Assembly: GCA_029556545.1 (NCBI GenBank)
Contig: JAKQEQ010000037.1
Location: 10,315-74,314 of the forward strand
Direction of reading: 5' to 3'
Length of the DNA: 64,000 bases
Source: Candidatus Hydrogenedentota bacterium
GTDB lineage: Bacteria; Hydrogenedentota; Hydrogenedentia; Hydrogenedentales; JAGMZX01
In this document: positions 45,497 through 55,796 of the stretch, piece by piece
Layout: each line of letters starts with the position of its first letter
Numbering within the stretch: the first letter of the stretch is position 1
The notes under the pieces: generated by a model
What the model saw: only the letters and a program-made list of their open reading frames with translations
What the model was told of the DNA's origin: nothing
Databases searched by the model: none
Program-made: the position numbers and the translations under genes

Positions 45497-46140
45497 GCGA
45501 CATCAACGTGCAATTGGCCCGGGAATGCTTCGAGTTGAACTTGTTCCAGGTATTGCCTTATTGGCGGCACGCCCAGCCCGCCTCCGTGAGCGCTTTGCCC
45601 GCTCTGGCCGGCGACGCCCCGCTGCTTCTTTTCGTCGAGAACTCGCGGCCCGAGGCCGTGCGGCCCGTGGACTTTCTGATCGAGCCGGGCGACGTCGCGG
45701 GATTGCAGCGGGCCGTGGTCGAGGTTCGCGCGTGGCATGCGGACCGGTTCTACGCGTCGGTCATCGAGGCGAATCCGGTGCTGGGCCACGTCGCCTACGA
45801 GGAGACGCGCCAATTGGCGCGACAGGTCTTCGGCGGGCGCGAGTTCGCGACGGTATTGGTCATTTCGGAGCTGCCCGCGTCGCCGGATGCGCGGGACCGG
45901 GCGCTACGCTTGCTGCGCGACCTCGATATTGATCATGTCATCGAGTTCCCGACCCTGCTCGAAGAAGTGCTGTTCAAGGTCAGCGCCTACGGCCAGTACG
46001 CGCCCTCGGCGACGCTGCAGACGCTGCGCCTCCTCAAGCGCTACAGCCTGATACGGCGCCTGCAACTCGAATTCGCGTTCGCGACCGAGCCGCCGCCGCC
46101 GCCCGCCGAAGCGCAGGACGCGCTTGCCCAAAGGACGTAA
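45493..46140 (+). CDS. Hypothetical protein
   Basis: ATGA-coupled to the TPR gene. Confidence 0.75.
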   Translation: MSDINVQLARECFELNLFQVLPYWRHAQPASVSALPALAGDAPLLLFVENSRPEAVRPVDFLIEPGDVAGLQRAVVEVRAWHADRFYASVIEANPVLGHVAYEETRQLARQVFGGREFATVLVISELPASPDARDRALRLLRDLDIDHVIEFPTLLEEVLFKVSAYGQYAPSATLQTLRLLKRYSLIRRLQLEFAFATEPPPPPAEAQDALAQRT

Positions 46141-46262
46141 GGGACGCAAGGGACGTAACGGATAAAGACGGGGCCCGGGTATCGGACGACGCGAGAGTCG
46201 CCCCCGGCGCCCGAGGTTGAGGCGATCCAGGGGGTCATTGCGGCGCTGCGACGGCCCGCGGA

Positions 46263-46709
46263 TCAAAGGTCCTGGAGCCCTCGAACCAAGCGCTTTTCTT
46301 CTTCTCGCTCCATTTCGAGGATGGCGTCGATCGCGGCGCGGAGGTCGCCGGGAAGGGCCTGTTCCGCGAGGCGCTGATAGAATGCGATGAGCGCCTCGTC
46401 AAATCGGATGGCGAGGCCCAGGACTTCCTCGACGGACATTTCGGGATTCACGCGCTTCTCGCGCAGCCCGTCCGGATATTGGAAATCGGGCGGGTTCTTG
46501 AGCCACGCCTGGGTCACGGGCTTAGGCGCGGCGACTTCATAGTCATGAAAGCACAGTTGCAGGCACCGCTCGTGGTGGGCCATGTAATCGAGCGCTTGCC
46601 GAACGTCCTCGCGGCGCATCTCGTGGCCCAGGCGCTCGTAATAGTCGGCGAGGTCCTTGTGGAATTGTTCGGTAAATCGCAGCAGGTCGATCATCTGATG
46701 CGCGGCCAT
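46263..46709 (-). CDS. Ferritin-like/rubrerythrin-like four-helix protein
   Basis: Two helical hairpins with AI.FDE...FY and E.EE motifs; AAGGAGG RBS. Confidence 0.7.
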   Translation of the reverse strand: MAAHQMIDLLRFTEQFHKDLADYYERLGHEMRREDVRQALDYMAHHERCLQLCFHDYEVAAPKPVTQAWLKNPPDFQYPDGLREKRVNPEMSVEEVLGLAIRFDEALIAFYQRLAEQALPGDLRAAIDAILEMEREEEKRLVRGLQDL

Positions 46710-46845
46710 GACCAGCCCTCCTTCGTTTATGTGCCCTCTTATATGATACGCTCTTTGGCGGTGCTGTCAAGGCTTTTGTTGGCGCGAGGCAGGGTCTCCG
46801 CGCATGGCCGCCAAGACGGCGGGTATGGTTCTCGTCGAATTTTCC

Positions 46846-46874
46846 TTGATTTTTCGGCACGGGGCTGCTAGACT
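46846..46874 (+). promoter_or_regulatory. Sigma70-type promoter for the cold-shock gene
   Basis: TTGATT-17 bp-TAGACT with extended TG. Confidence 0.55.
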
Positions 46875-46998
46875 ACGTGCCCGGGATGTAAGGGTTCGCC
46901 TTTGTCCCTCGTAGTGTGTGCGAAACGCCACATATATTCCCCGAGTCGCAGACAAGAGTGCACCGTGCTCGGGCCGTATGCGGCAGGAGGATGTGTTT

Positions 46999-47199
46999 GT
47001 GGCTACGGGTACGGTGAAGTTCTTTAGTGATCAAAAGGGTTACGGTTTTATTACGGCGGACAGCGACGGCAAGGATTTGTTCGTCCACCGCTCGAACATC
47101 GAGGGCGCCGATCAGAGTTTGATCGATGGTCAGCGCGTCGAGTTTGAGGTTGGCCAGGGCCGAAAGGGACTGGAAGCACGGAACGTGCGCGTTTTGTAA
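46999..47199 (+). CDS. Cold-shock protein (CspA family)
   Basis: GTG start after AGGAGG; TGTVKFF, KGYGFI (RNP1), LFVH (RNP2). Confidence 0.95.
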   Translation: MATGTVKFFSDQKGYGFITADSDGKDLFVHRSNIEGADQSLIDGQRVEFEVGQGRKGLEARNVRVL

Positions 47200-47246
47200 C
47201 GGCACGACCGTAAGTCCGGCGTCCTCATAGCGGGAAGTAGTGTATC

Positions 47247-47471
47247 ATGATGAAGCCTAAGCGATGCGACGCACCGACGGGACGGCATGACTCGGCGGCG
47301 ACCCGGCGCGAGCAGGCGCTGTGCAAAGCGGCGCTCGAGTCGGGCGATTGTGACGCTATGTCCGATGACGAATGGGTCGCGCTGTGCGAGGCTGTCGCCG
47401 GGGCGGCCGGCACGGATTCGTCCGAGGGAGAGTACGTGCAATCCGGGTCGGGGGCCAAATCGGCGTTCTGA
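47247..47471 (+). CDS. Possible small hypothetical protein
   Basis: Fills the gap between genes; no motif recognised. Confidence 0.3.
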   Translation: MMKPKRCDAPTGRHDSAATRREQALCKAALESGDCDAMSDDEWVALCEAVAGAAGTDSSEGEYVQSGSGAKSAF

Positions 47472-47666
47472 CCGCGTTATCAGCGCTTCGTTCCACGCTT
47501 CACCCGCAAGTTCATCCCTTCGGCGCGTGTTAAGAGCTTGGCCGTTACGTCGTGCGCGCGTCTCGTTGAGGACCTGCATCACCGCCGGGAAACGCCTCGT
47601 TTGGCGCGAGGCGGACTTGTGTCGGGGATGCGTGCGCCGGCAGACAGCACACGGGGAGGTTCGGCG

Positions 47667-49616
47667 ATGTTACACGGTGCGTGCGCGTATCCAATGCCGG
47701 TTATGGGGCTCGTGTTGCCGCTGTTGACCGCAGGGGCACTGTGTCATCCCGCAGCGGGGACCGTACTGCGCGTCGAGACCGACGCGGACCATGCGGCGAT
47801 CACCGCGTTGAGTTGGGACACCGCGGGCGGCGACCGCGCCAAGAACAATCTCCTGCGCGCGCCGGTCGGGCCGCAACTCCGAGCCGCGGGAGAATGGCGC
47901 GACGGGGTTGGCGAAAGGGTATCGGCGGACGCGGCGCGCGTCATCTACCGGGTCCGTTCGGGTGAATCCGCCACGTTGGTGTGGACGATTGGTCTTAATG
48001 ACGCAATTATGACCATGGGTTTCAAGGGGAGCGGCTGCGACCGGGTCCGACTCGTGTTTCCCTTCGATGCGCGCATGGCCGCGACCACCGTATTCCCTGC
48101 CTCATGGACCGCAGACGGCAGCCTGCGGCTGCCCGCAGTCCTGAGCGCGCCGGATTTCGGCCAGGTGCTCGTGACCTCGGACGAAAGCGCTGATATCGCG
48201 GGCGAGCTTGTGGGCAGCCGTAAGCAACACACGGTGGATTTCGTTCTCGACCTGCCAGCCGTCTGTTCCCTCCGATTCACACCGCTGTTGCTGGGCATGC
48301 CGGAGGGATTCCACGACACGGCCCGCTGGCGCGACGCGCGGCGCGGCTGGTTCAACATCTGGCAACCGAGCGCGCGCTGGGGCGATCAAGGGCATCCGTT
48401 CAGCGCGCCACCCGGCATCCTCTCGAATAATGTCATCAGCGATCCGGTCAGTTGCCTTATCCACCTCTACGCGGACCAGGCGTTTTTCACGCCGGAAATC
48501 GCGCCGGGCGTCTCCATCGCGGCGCATGTCCGGCGGACGGTGGACTACTGGATCATGGAGAAGACGCGCTCCACAGGCGAGGTGGTGGCCTACTGGGACT
48601 ATGGCGACATGTTGGACGCGAACGCGAGTCCGATCATCGCCGCGTGGGATTACGTGGAGTCGACGGGCAACGCCGACTGGCTGGAAGGGCGGATCGAGCG
48701 TCTGGAGTTCGTGGCGGACTACCTCGCGGGACGCGACGTGGACGGGGACGGTCTCGTGGAGTGCACGCACAGCGGCAATTACGGGACGCTGTTCGATCCG
48801 GCGCGCAGCGCGTCGGCTTATGACACGATCAATGCGGGGCACAAGGACGCCTACAGCAACGTGTTGACGTATCGCGCATGGCGGTGCCTCGCGGACCTGG
48901 AGGCGAAACTGGGCCGCGAGGAGCAGCGCGCCCGCTACACGCTGCTGGCGGACCGTCTGAAACAACGGTACTTCCCCACGCTGTTCGACCCGGCAACCGG
49001 CTGGGTTGCGTGGTGGAAGAGCGAGGATGGGGAATTGCACAACCTGGGGTCGCCCATGATCAATGCCCTTGCAATCGTGTACGGGCTGGTCCCGGCGGAC
49101 ACCGCCCGCGATATTCTGCTTCGCCTGTGGGCGAAGATCGAGGAGGCGGGTTTCACGCGCTTTGACTTGGGTGTTCCGCTCACGCTCACGCCCGTCCGCC
49201 GGGGGGACTACCTCCAGCCGAAGCCCGGCAATCCGGCGGCCTCGATTTGCGGCGCGCCGGAACGCGAGGACGGCACAGACACTTTCGGCAAGTATCTGAA
49301 CGGGGGCTGTTGTGTGAGCGACGCGGTGCACTTCATGACCGCGCTGTATATGACGGGCGAGCGTGAAAAGGGCGACCTCATCTTGAACGCCATGCTTGAG
49401 CGCCAGCGGCGCGGTGTTTTCCCCAATGGCGGCGCCTTCCAGAACGGCATTGTGGATCAATATCCGCGCGGCGCGGAATTCTTCGACTGGCAAGGCAATA
49501 CGTGCGGGTATGAAGGCCACCTCACGTACAGCTTCTCGTTTTTGCAAGCCGTTCTCTTGCGTGAGCCGGAGTTTCGCGAGCGGTTGCTCCGCCCGCTTCG
49601 GTCCGCGGACGAGTAG
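47667..49616 (+). CDS. Six-hairpin glycoside hydrolase-like protein
   Basis: AAWDYVESTG..WL, RDVDGDGLVE, DAYSNVLTYRAW helical repeats; start uncertain. Confidence 0.7.
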   Translation: MLHGACAYPMPVMGLVLPLLTAGALCHPAAGTVLRVETDADHAAITALSWDTAGGDRAKNNLLRAPVGPQLRAAGEWRDGVGERVSADAARVIYRVRSGESATLVWTIGLNDAIMTMGFKGSGCDRVRLVFPFDARMAATTVFPASWTADGSLRLPAVLSAPDFGQVLVTSDESADIAGELVGSRKQHTVDFVLDLPAVCSLRFTPLLLGMPEGFHDTARWRDARRGWFNIWQPSARWGDQGHPFSAPPGILSNNVISDPVSCLIHLYADQAFFTPEIAPGVSIAAHVRRTVDYWIMEKTRSTGEVVAYWDYGDMLDANASPIIAAWDYVESTGNADWLEGRIERLEFVADYLAGRDVDGDGLVECTHSGNYGTLFDPARSASAYDTINAGHKDAYSNVLTYRAWRCLADLEAKLGREEQRARYTLLADRLKQRYFPTLFDPATGWVAWWKSEDGELHNLGSPMINALAIVYGLVPADTARDILLRLWAKIEEAGFTRFDLGVPLTLTPVRRGDYLQPKPGNPAASICGAPEREDGTDTFGKYLNGGCCVSDAVHFMTALYMTGEREKGDLILNAMLERQRRGVFPNGGAFQNGIVDQYPRGAEFFDWQGNTCGYEGHLTYSFSFLQAVLLREPEFRERLLRPLRSADE

Positions 49617-49873
49617 CGACCTGGACGGGACCGTCTGCCGCCGGAACGCCGGAAAGGAATAGGGCAGTTGATTCAGGACGGGGCATGCCGAACGTGAAGA
49701 TGCGCTCGATTCGCGCACTTGACGAATTGCGCGCCTTCAGATATTGTAGTCTCATTGGCTGTTTGGCGCCGGGGGTGATGGAGCTGCGGAATTCTGGTGT
49801 ATGAGGCCGACTCGGGGCGAGACCTACAGCCCCGGTCAGGGAATGGCTATAGGCCCAAGTAGGAGGAATCGTC

Positions 49874-50287
49874 ATGCGGCGTCTTATTCGATTGGCGTTG
49901 TATTCCGCCGTGCCCGCGCTAATCGCGCTGGGCGCGTTTGTCCTGGGGGGCAGTGACACGCCGCTTCCCGCGGACGGGGAGATCGCGGCAACGCCCGCCT
50001 CCCCGTCGATGCCCGGCGTCGAAACCGGACCGGCCGTCCAGGCGTATGTGGACGAGGCGGGCAACCTGGTCGCGCCGCCGGCGGGCGCGCTTCCGAAAAA
50101 GCCGGGCGTAACGCGGTCGTTCAGCCGATTCACCATGGAGCAGACGGACCGAGGCGGCGTGCTGGTGAATTTCAACGACGGCTGGCAGAACGCGGCCATT
50201 GCGCACGTGGGCCCGGACGGGAAGGTGCACGTTGAGTGCGTCCCTGTCGGCGATGCCGCGCCAGGGACCGCCGAGGGGGAGGAATAG
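49874..50287 (+). CDS. Small exported protein upstream of the metalloprotease-like gene
   Basis: AGGAGG RBS, signal peptide; stop 2 nt before the next start. Confidence 0.7.
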   Translation: MRRLIRLALYSAVPALIALGAFVLGGSDTPLPADGEIAATPASPSMPGVETGPAVQAYVDEAGNLVAPPAGALPKKPGVTRSFSRFTMEQTDRGGVLVNFNDGWQNAAIAHVGPDGKVHVECVPVGDAAPGTAEGEE

Positions 50288-50289
50288 TC

Positions 50290-52413
50290 ATGCGTACCCG
50301 CACCCTATTCACTTGCTCCGCAGTCCTGGGGCTCTTGATCGCGCCCGCAGCCGGAGCGGCGTTCAACGTGAACATCACGTATGCGGACAGCGCGGGCGAA
50401 GGCTTCAACGACGCCACGCTGGGCGCGCCGCGCCGCGCGGCGCTGGAACACGCCGTCGCCGTGTGGACCAGTCAGCTCGATGGCGCCATCGACCTCGAAC
50501 TCAAGGCAACTTTCGATCCGCTCGGCGGCGACGCAAGCTCCGCGGTGCTCGGTCAGGCGGGCTCGACGGCGAGCGTGCGCGACGATCCCGCTCTACCGCT
50601 CGCGGGGACGTGGTATCCGGTGCCGCTTGCCAGCCAGCTCATCGGGGTCAGCATCCCGTCTTCGAGCGGCCCGAACGCGGGTTTCCACATGGCGGCGGTG
50701 TTCAATTCGGACGTGGACGGGCCGGTGGTGCTGGGGTCGACGACGTTCTATTACGGTACGGACGGCAACCCGCCCGGGGGAACGGTGGATTTCGTTTCGG
50801 TAGCGTTGCATGAGTTCGGCCATGCTTTCGGTTTCTTCGACATGATCGATCCGGTGACAGGCGGCTTTTTCAATGGGTTTCCGGACGCCTACGCGGTGAA
50901 CCTGAGACGCACGGGGGCCGTGAACAAGAACTTCACCGATATGACGAACACGGAGCGGCTGGCGGCGCTCACAAGCGGCGAGGTGTACTGGAAGGGGTCG
51001 AGCATCATGGGCGCGGGCATTTCGAGTCCCGCCCCGTTCGTCAACGCCCAGGGCGAAGTCGAGATTTTCGCGCCGGGAACGTATCAAGCGGGATCGAGCA
51101 TTTCGCACTGGGAATCGGGTCATACGCCGGACTTGCTCATGGAGCCCGTGCTCACGAGCGTTTTCAGCGGCATCGACGTCACGGGCGCGGCTTTGAACGA
51201 CATGGGCTGGAACCTTCAGGCAAGCGAGGGCGAGGGAGAAGGCGAGGGCGAGGGAGAAGGTGAAGGTGAGGGAGAAGGTGAAGGAGAAGGCGAGTGTCTC
51301 GTTTATGCGAGCACCGATGTGCCGCGCCTCATCGATTACATCGTGTTCCCGGTAACTGAATCGACGCTGGTGGTTCCGGGGCCCCTCGTTGTGAGCGACC
51401 TGAACGTCAAACTCAACATCACGTATCCCTTCGACGTGGACCTCACCGTCAATTTGCGATCGCCCATCGGCACCGAGATCACGCTGTTCACCGGCGTGGG
51501 CGGCGGCGGCAGCAACTTCACGGACACCGTGCTGGACGACCAAGCCGCGACGCACCTCAGCGCGGGTGTGGCGCCGTTCACCGGCTGTTTCCGGCCGCAG
51601 TCCAACCTATCGGCCTTCACCGGCGTGAATGCGGCGGGCACGTGGCGGCTGAGGATTCAGACGAGCGACTTCTTCGAGACCGGATCGCTCACGGGCTGGG
51701 AACTGCATTTCGGGTGTCAATGCCCGCTGAGCAGCGAAGGCGAGGGAGAAGGAGAAGGAGAAGGAGAGGGCGAGGGAGAGGGCGAGGGAGAGACGTGCCC
51801 GTGGACCGGACCGTGCCCGGATTTCGACGCGGAAGGCGCGGCGGTATACGGCTTGTTGAGTCTAGACTGGAATACAACCGACCTCGACCTGACCGGTATC
51901 ATCGACAGTTGGGAGGTGGCCCTGTTCAGCGAAGTGTTGTGCAAGCGATCCGGCCCCTTGCGCAATGCCGCGGCCTGCGCGTTCCTCCACAACCTTGAGA
52001 CGCTGCGGGCGGAACCGGGCTACGCGCTTGCCGCGCCGTACGAGAACGTGGCGGCGGCGCTTCTGGCGGTCAGCACGGAACTGCAACAGACCATCGTCGC
52101 CAGCCTGTCGCTGACGGGTACGTATCGCGTCGCGGGCGGCGCCGCCAAGGCCTGGGGCGAACCGCTGGCGCCGCAAGGCGATCCGGACGTCGACAGCCTC
52201 ACCAACGCGCAAGAATACTTGAACACCGTAAGTGCCAGCCTGGACCGCGCGGATTACGTTATCGCGGCACTGAATCCGCTTCTGGACGGGAGTGTCGGGG
52301 CATCGGCCCTGCCGTTGCTGGGAGGGCTGGGCCTGTGCGGGCTTCTGGCATGCGTGACGGCGTTGGGCACGGCCGGGCTTGCCCGGCGGCGGGGGGCGCG
52401 CGACGCGGAGTAG
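50290..52413 (+). CDS. Surface Zn-metalloprotease-like protein with proprotein-convertase P domain, EG linkers and C-terminal anchor
   Basis: LHEFGHAFGF (HExxH), GSSISHW; P-domain DL.V.L.SP.GT...GTWRL; two (EG)n tracts; TM plus RRR tail. Confidence 0.85.
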   Translation: MRTRTLFTCSAVLGLLIAPAAGAAFNVNITYADSAGEGFNDATLGAPRRAALEHAVAVWTSQLDGAIDLELKATFDPLGGDASSAVLGQAGSTASVRDDPALPLAGTWYPVPLASQLIGVSIPSSSGPNAGFHMAAVFNSDVDGPVVLGSTTFYYGTDGNPPGGTVDFVSVALHEFGHAFGFFDMIDPVTGGFFNGFPDAYAVNLRRTGAVNKNFTDMTNTERLAALTSGEVYWKGSSIMGAGISSPAPFVNAQGEVEIFAPGTYQAGSSISHWESGHTPDLLMEPVLTSVFSGIDVTGAALNDMGWNLQASEGEGEGEGEGEGEGEGEGEGEGECLVYASTDVPRLIDYIVFPVTESTLVVPGPLVVSDLNVKLNITYPFDVDLTVNLRSPIGTEITLFTGVGGGGSNFTDTVLDDQAATHLSAGVAPFTGCFRPQSNLSAFTGVNAAGTWRLRIQTSDFFETGSLTGWELHFGCQCPLSSEGEGEGEGEGEGEGEGEGETCPWTGPCPDFDAEGAAVYGLLSLDWNTTDLDLTGIIDSWEVALFSEVLCKRSGPLRNAAACAFLHNLETLRAEPGYALAAPYENVAAALLAVSTELQQTIVASLSLTGTYRVAGGAAKAWGEPLAPQGDPDVDSLTNAQEYLNTVSASLDRADYVIAALNPLLDGSVGASALPLLGGLGLCGLLACVTALGTAGLARRRGARDAE

Positions 52414-52434
52414 AAGATCGCAACCGCATATGAT

Positions 52435-52468
52435 GCGCCCCGGCGCTCGCAACGAGCGGCCGGGGCGC
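52435..52468. terminator. Hairpin between convergent genes
   Basis: GCGCCCCGGCGCTCG-CAA-CGAGCGGCCGGGGCGC. Confidence 0.55.
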
Positions 52469-52491
52469 TTGCTTATCAACCGTCTGCGCGA

Positions 52492-53886
52492 TCAGCCGAC
52501 CTGATAGGGCGCTTTCAGACACCAGCCGTTCAGATACGGCCGATACGCCCATGCATTGCCTTTCTTCGCGGTCTCGTCCTCGCCCTTGAACCGCTCCGTT
52601 TCGAGGTCCCAGTAGAGCCTGCCGCCGGCCACGTACGAGCAGGTGCCCATGTGGCAGGTGCGCGTCGTGTTGTGGAGGAGTTCGACGGTCGAGATGGGAT
52701 CTTTGCGTTCGCGGACGCACTGGCAGAAATTCTCCCAGTGCGGCTCGTTGATCGGGCTTCCGCCGCGCTTCTTTGGTTCGCACCCGCCGTTGTTCGGCAC
52801 GGGATAGACCTCGTAGCCGCCGCGGTCGACCCGCAGCGTGCCCAGCGGCCCGTGAAAGAGGACGCCGTGGCTTTGGAATCCCTGCGGCAGGAACTGGTTC
52901 CAAACGCGGTTGGAGAACTTGAGGGTGAAGGTGTCGTACTCCCAGACGACATCGAGCGTGTCGGGCGTGGTACGGTTGTCGTTGACGACGTACTTGCCGC
53001 CCATGGCGCAGGCGGAGATCGGTTGCTTCTCGGCGTCGCCCATGCCCCAGAGCGCGACGTCGATGAGGTGCGCGCCCCAATCCGTGATCTTGCCGCCGGA
53101 GTAATCGAGGAACCAACGGAAATTGTAAATCCAGCGGTTTGTATTGAAGGGGCGGTGTTCGACCCAGCCCTGATGGAATTCCCAATCCAGCCCCTCCTTC
53201 TCCCACTTGGCCTGATCGTCATCGCCCATGCCGATGCCGTCCGTGGTTTCCTCGTCGTGGATATACGCCTCGACGCTTCCGACGGGGCCGATGTAGCCGT
53301 CGCGCACGAGCGCCATGGCCTCCTGAAAATGGGCGCCGCTCCGTTGCATGTTGCCGCCCTGGAACACCACCTTGTTCCGCCGCACCGTCTCAATCATGAC
53401 GCGGCCTTCCTCAATGGTGGTGGAAAGCGGCTTCTCGCAATAGATGTCCTTTCCCGCGTCCGCGGCATAGAGCGTGCAGAGGCAATGCCAGTGGTCCGGG
53501 GTCGCGATAACGACCGCATCGATGTCCTTGTTTTCAAGCAGTTCGCGGAAATCGTGGTGCTTCGTGATGTTCGGAAATTTCTGCGAAGCCATCTGCGCGC
53601 CCCGCTCGAGGTTCTTGCGATAGAGGTCGCAGACCGCCACGATCTCCATGTCGTCGCGCTGCATGACGAAGCCGAGATTGGCCCGGCCCATGCCGCCCGT
53701 GCCGATGTGGCCGGTGTAGATCTTCTCGTTCGCGCCGATGATGCTCTGCGGCAGAATCGACTTGTAAACGTGCGCGCCCGCGTGCGCCGCAGCGGCGCCG
53801 CCGAGCGCCGCGCCCGCGGCCGCCTGCGCCGACCGCCGCATGAAGTCCCGCCGACTCACCTGTCCCCGCGAAGGTTCTGTTGCCAT
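52492..53886 (-). CDS. Gfo/Idh/MocA family oxidoreductase with Tat signal
   Basis: SRRDFM, IGTGGMG, IATPDHWH, YCEKPL, DWGAHLID. Confidence 0.92.
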   Translation of the reverse strand: MATEPSRGQVSRRDFMRRSAQAAAGAALGGAAAAHAGAHVYKSILPQSIIGANEKIYTGHIGTGGMGRANLGFVMQRDDMEIVAVCDLYRKNLERGAQMASQKFPNITKHHDFRELLENKDIDAVVIATPDHWHCLCTLYAADAGKDIYCEKPLSTTIEEGRVMIETVRRNKVVFQGGNMQRSGAHFQEAMALVRDGYIGPVGSVEAYIHDEETTDGIGMGDDDQAKWEKEGLDWEFHQGWVEHRPFNTNRWIYNFRWFLDYSGGKITDWGAHLIDVALWGMGDAEKQPISACAMGGKYVVNDNRTTPDTLDVVWEYDTFTLKFSNRVWNQFLPQGFQSHGVLFHGPLGTLRVDRGGYEVYPVPNNGGCEPKKRGGSPINEPHWENFCQCVRERKDPISTVELLHNTTRTCHMGTCSYVAGGRLYWDLETERFKGEDETAKKGNAWAYRPYLNGWCLKAPYQVG

Positions 53887-54057
53887 GTTCGAATCTCCTT
53901 GGATGCAACTCCGTTGAATGCGGCATCAAACTCCAGAAAATCCATAATACCCTTCAGGGGATGGCGCATGCAACGGCTTCTGGCAGCGGGGTGGCGCGGC
54001 CTTTGGCCGCGATCAAGGTACGACTTGCATCGGCGGGTGCAGCTAGTGACACAACGG

Positions 54058-54106
54058 GGGCAAAAGGACCAAAGCGACCAAAAGGACCAAAGCGATCAGA
54101 AGGTCC
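54058..54106 (+). repeat. 9-bp periodic GGACCAAAA/CGACCAAAA tandem
   Basis: Same unit as at 38953; intergenic. Confidence 0.75.
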
Positions 54107-54212
54107 GTTGGGTAAGCGCGAACGGCCGGATGAAGGAGCCGAGGAATGACCAGCAATCATCGAATGAGCGGACGGGCGTTCTTTGAGGCCGCGGGCGTGG
54201 GAGTGTCCGCGT

Positions 54213-55796
54213 CTATGTCCGGCGACGAGTCCTTGCGGAGGCTGTCGCGCCCGTCACCGCGGTCAGCACTGTCAAGGCGGCCAGTCCGAGGAGGCCGGCT
54301 GTGGCCGCACCGGGCAGCACAACAAGTTGCACCGCATCGGAATGGACGGACGTCCACAGGTCGGACACTACGCAGACGTAGTATCCGGCATGCGCGAACT
54401 CAATCTTCGGCAAGGTGTAACTCGGGGCATTTGCATCGGGGATCGGGATTAAGGTTTTCGTGTCGGACTCATGATACCACTGGAATGATATCGGGCCGAC
54501 GCCGCCGGATGCGCTGGTTTGAAAAGTGTGGGAAGCGCGCCGGGCGACATGTACGACGGTGTCGCCGAGAATCAGCACCCTGAGCGGCTCGCTTTCGCCT
54601 TCACCCTCGCCTTCACCCTCGCCTTCACCTTCGCCTTCACCTTCACCTTCGCCTTCGCCTTCACCCTCGCCTTCGCCCTCACCCTCACCTTCCCCTTCGC
54701 CTTCGCCCTCACCCTCGCCTTCGCCCTCGCCTTCGCCCTCGCCCTCGCCTTCGCCTTCACCCTCGCCCGGAACCCAAGTCCACAAGAAGTAAGGGTACGA
54801 GACTCCTTCCTGAATCGTCCAGACGTTCACGAAATCCCACCCGCTGTTCACGAACGTTGCCTGCTGCATCATCTGCGCGGTAGGCAGGCCCGTTCCGCCG
54901 CCCGAGGACTGCGTCTGGCCGGTCGTCGCAATGTCCCAGAACGCACTCGCCAGGGACCCTTGCGACAGCCCTACCAGGCCGCCGGTATAGCCGGAGCCTG
55001 TTACCCGCCCAGTCGCGTAGCATTCCGCCACTGTGGTGTTCGTGGTGCTTGTTCCGATCAGGCCGCCGGCGCCAAGGCCGGTGGCGGTTGCGGCGCCGGT
55101 CGCGAAACAACGCGACACGGCGGCTGGCGCGTAGATGTTTCCAATGAGGCCGCCGATAAGCATGTTGCCCGCGGCGGCGCCGGTCGCGTACGAGCGGGTG
55201 ATGATGTGGGTGTTGCGTCCGGCGAGGCCGCCGACGTAGAGGTCGCCCGTGGCGTGGCCCGCCGCACGGCAACGTTGTATCTGCCCGTGATTGACGCCGA
55301 CGAGGCCGCCCACTTCTTCGACGCCGCTCACGTCGCCTGTGGCGTAGCAGAGCGTGATCGCGCCATACGTTCTTCCGGCCAGGTGCCCGACGAAGTCTTC
55401 TCCCGACACGGCGCCGCCCTCAAGCCCCAACCGCTCGATTATGCCTGCGGCGGCGACGTATCCGAAGAGGCCGACGTTGTCGGTTGTGGGGCGGTTGATG
55501 AAAAGGCCTTGAACGACGTGCCCGGCCCCGTCGAAGTGGCCAGTGAACGGCGCGACCGCGTTGCCGATGGGGTTGAAGCCCGCGCCGGCGTTCCATGCGG
55601 CGGTGGCCGATGCATCAATGTCTTGCGTAAGGAGGTAGGCGGCGTCGAGTGGATAGTCGAGGTGATTTCCGATTTGCTGCAGTTCGACGATGGAAGTTAT
55701 GGGAATGGACTGTTTGGCTTCCTGGGCCGGGGCGCGAACGGCGAGGATGATGAGAAAGCACGAGATAAGCGCGGGGGCCGTCAGGGTGTTCTTCAC
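54213..55796 (-). CDS. GLUG-repeat surface protein with long EG linker, Ig-like domain and C-terminal anchor
   Basis: FTGHFDGAGH, repeated VGGLVG.N; (GE)n tract; FQWY...AGYYVCVV; TM plus RRR tail. Confidence 0.88.
   Translation of the reverse strand: MKNTLTAPALISCFLIILAVRAPAQEAKQSIPITSIVELQQIGNHLDYPLDAAYLLTQDIDASATAAWNAGAGFNPIGNAVAPFTGHFDGAGHVVQGLFINRPTTDNVGLFGYVAAAGIIERLGLEGGAVSGEDFVGHLAGRTYGAITLCYATGDVSGVEEVGGLVGVNHGQIQRCRAAGHATGDLYVGGLAGRNTHIITRSYATGAAAGNMLIGGLIGNIYAPAAVSRCFATGAATATGLGAGGLIGTSTTNTTVAECYATGRVTGSGYTGGLVGLSQGSLASAFWDIATTGQTQSSGGGTGLPTAQMMQQATFVNSGWDFVNVWTIQEGVSYPYFLWTWVPGEGEGEGEGEGEGEGEGEGEGEGEGEGEGEGEGEGEGEGEGEGEGEGEGEGEGEGEGESEPLRVLILGDTVVHVARRASHTFQTSASGGVGPISFQWYHESDTKTLIPIPDANAPSYTLPKIEFAHAGYYVCVVSDLWTSVHSDAVQLVVLPGAATAGLLGLAALTVLTAVTGATASARTRRRT
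54594..54767 (-). repeat. Coding (Gly-Glu)n hexamer repeat
   Basis: GGNGAR units; shorter copies at 51226-51294 and 51736-51792. Confidence 0.95.

Noticed and set aside
49810-49860. Riboswitch upstream of 49874
   Set aside because: Only one imperfect stem (CCTACAGCC/GGCTATAGG); no known aptamer consensus recognised.
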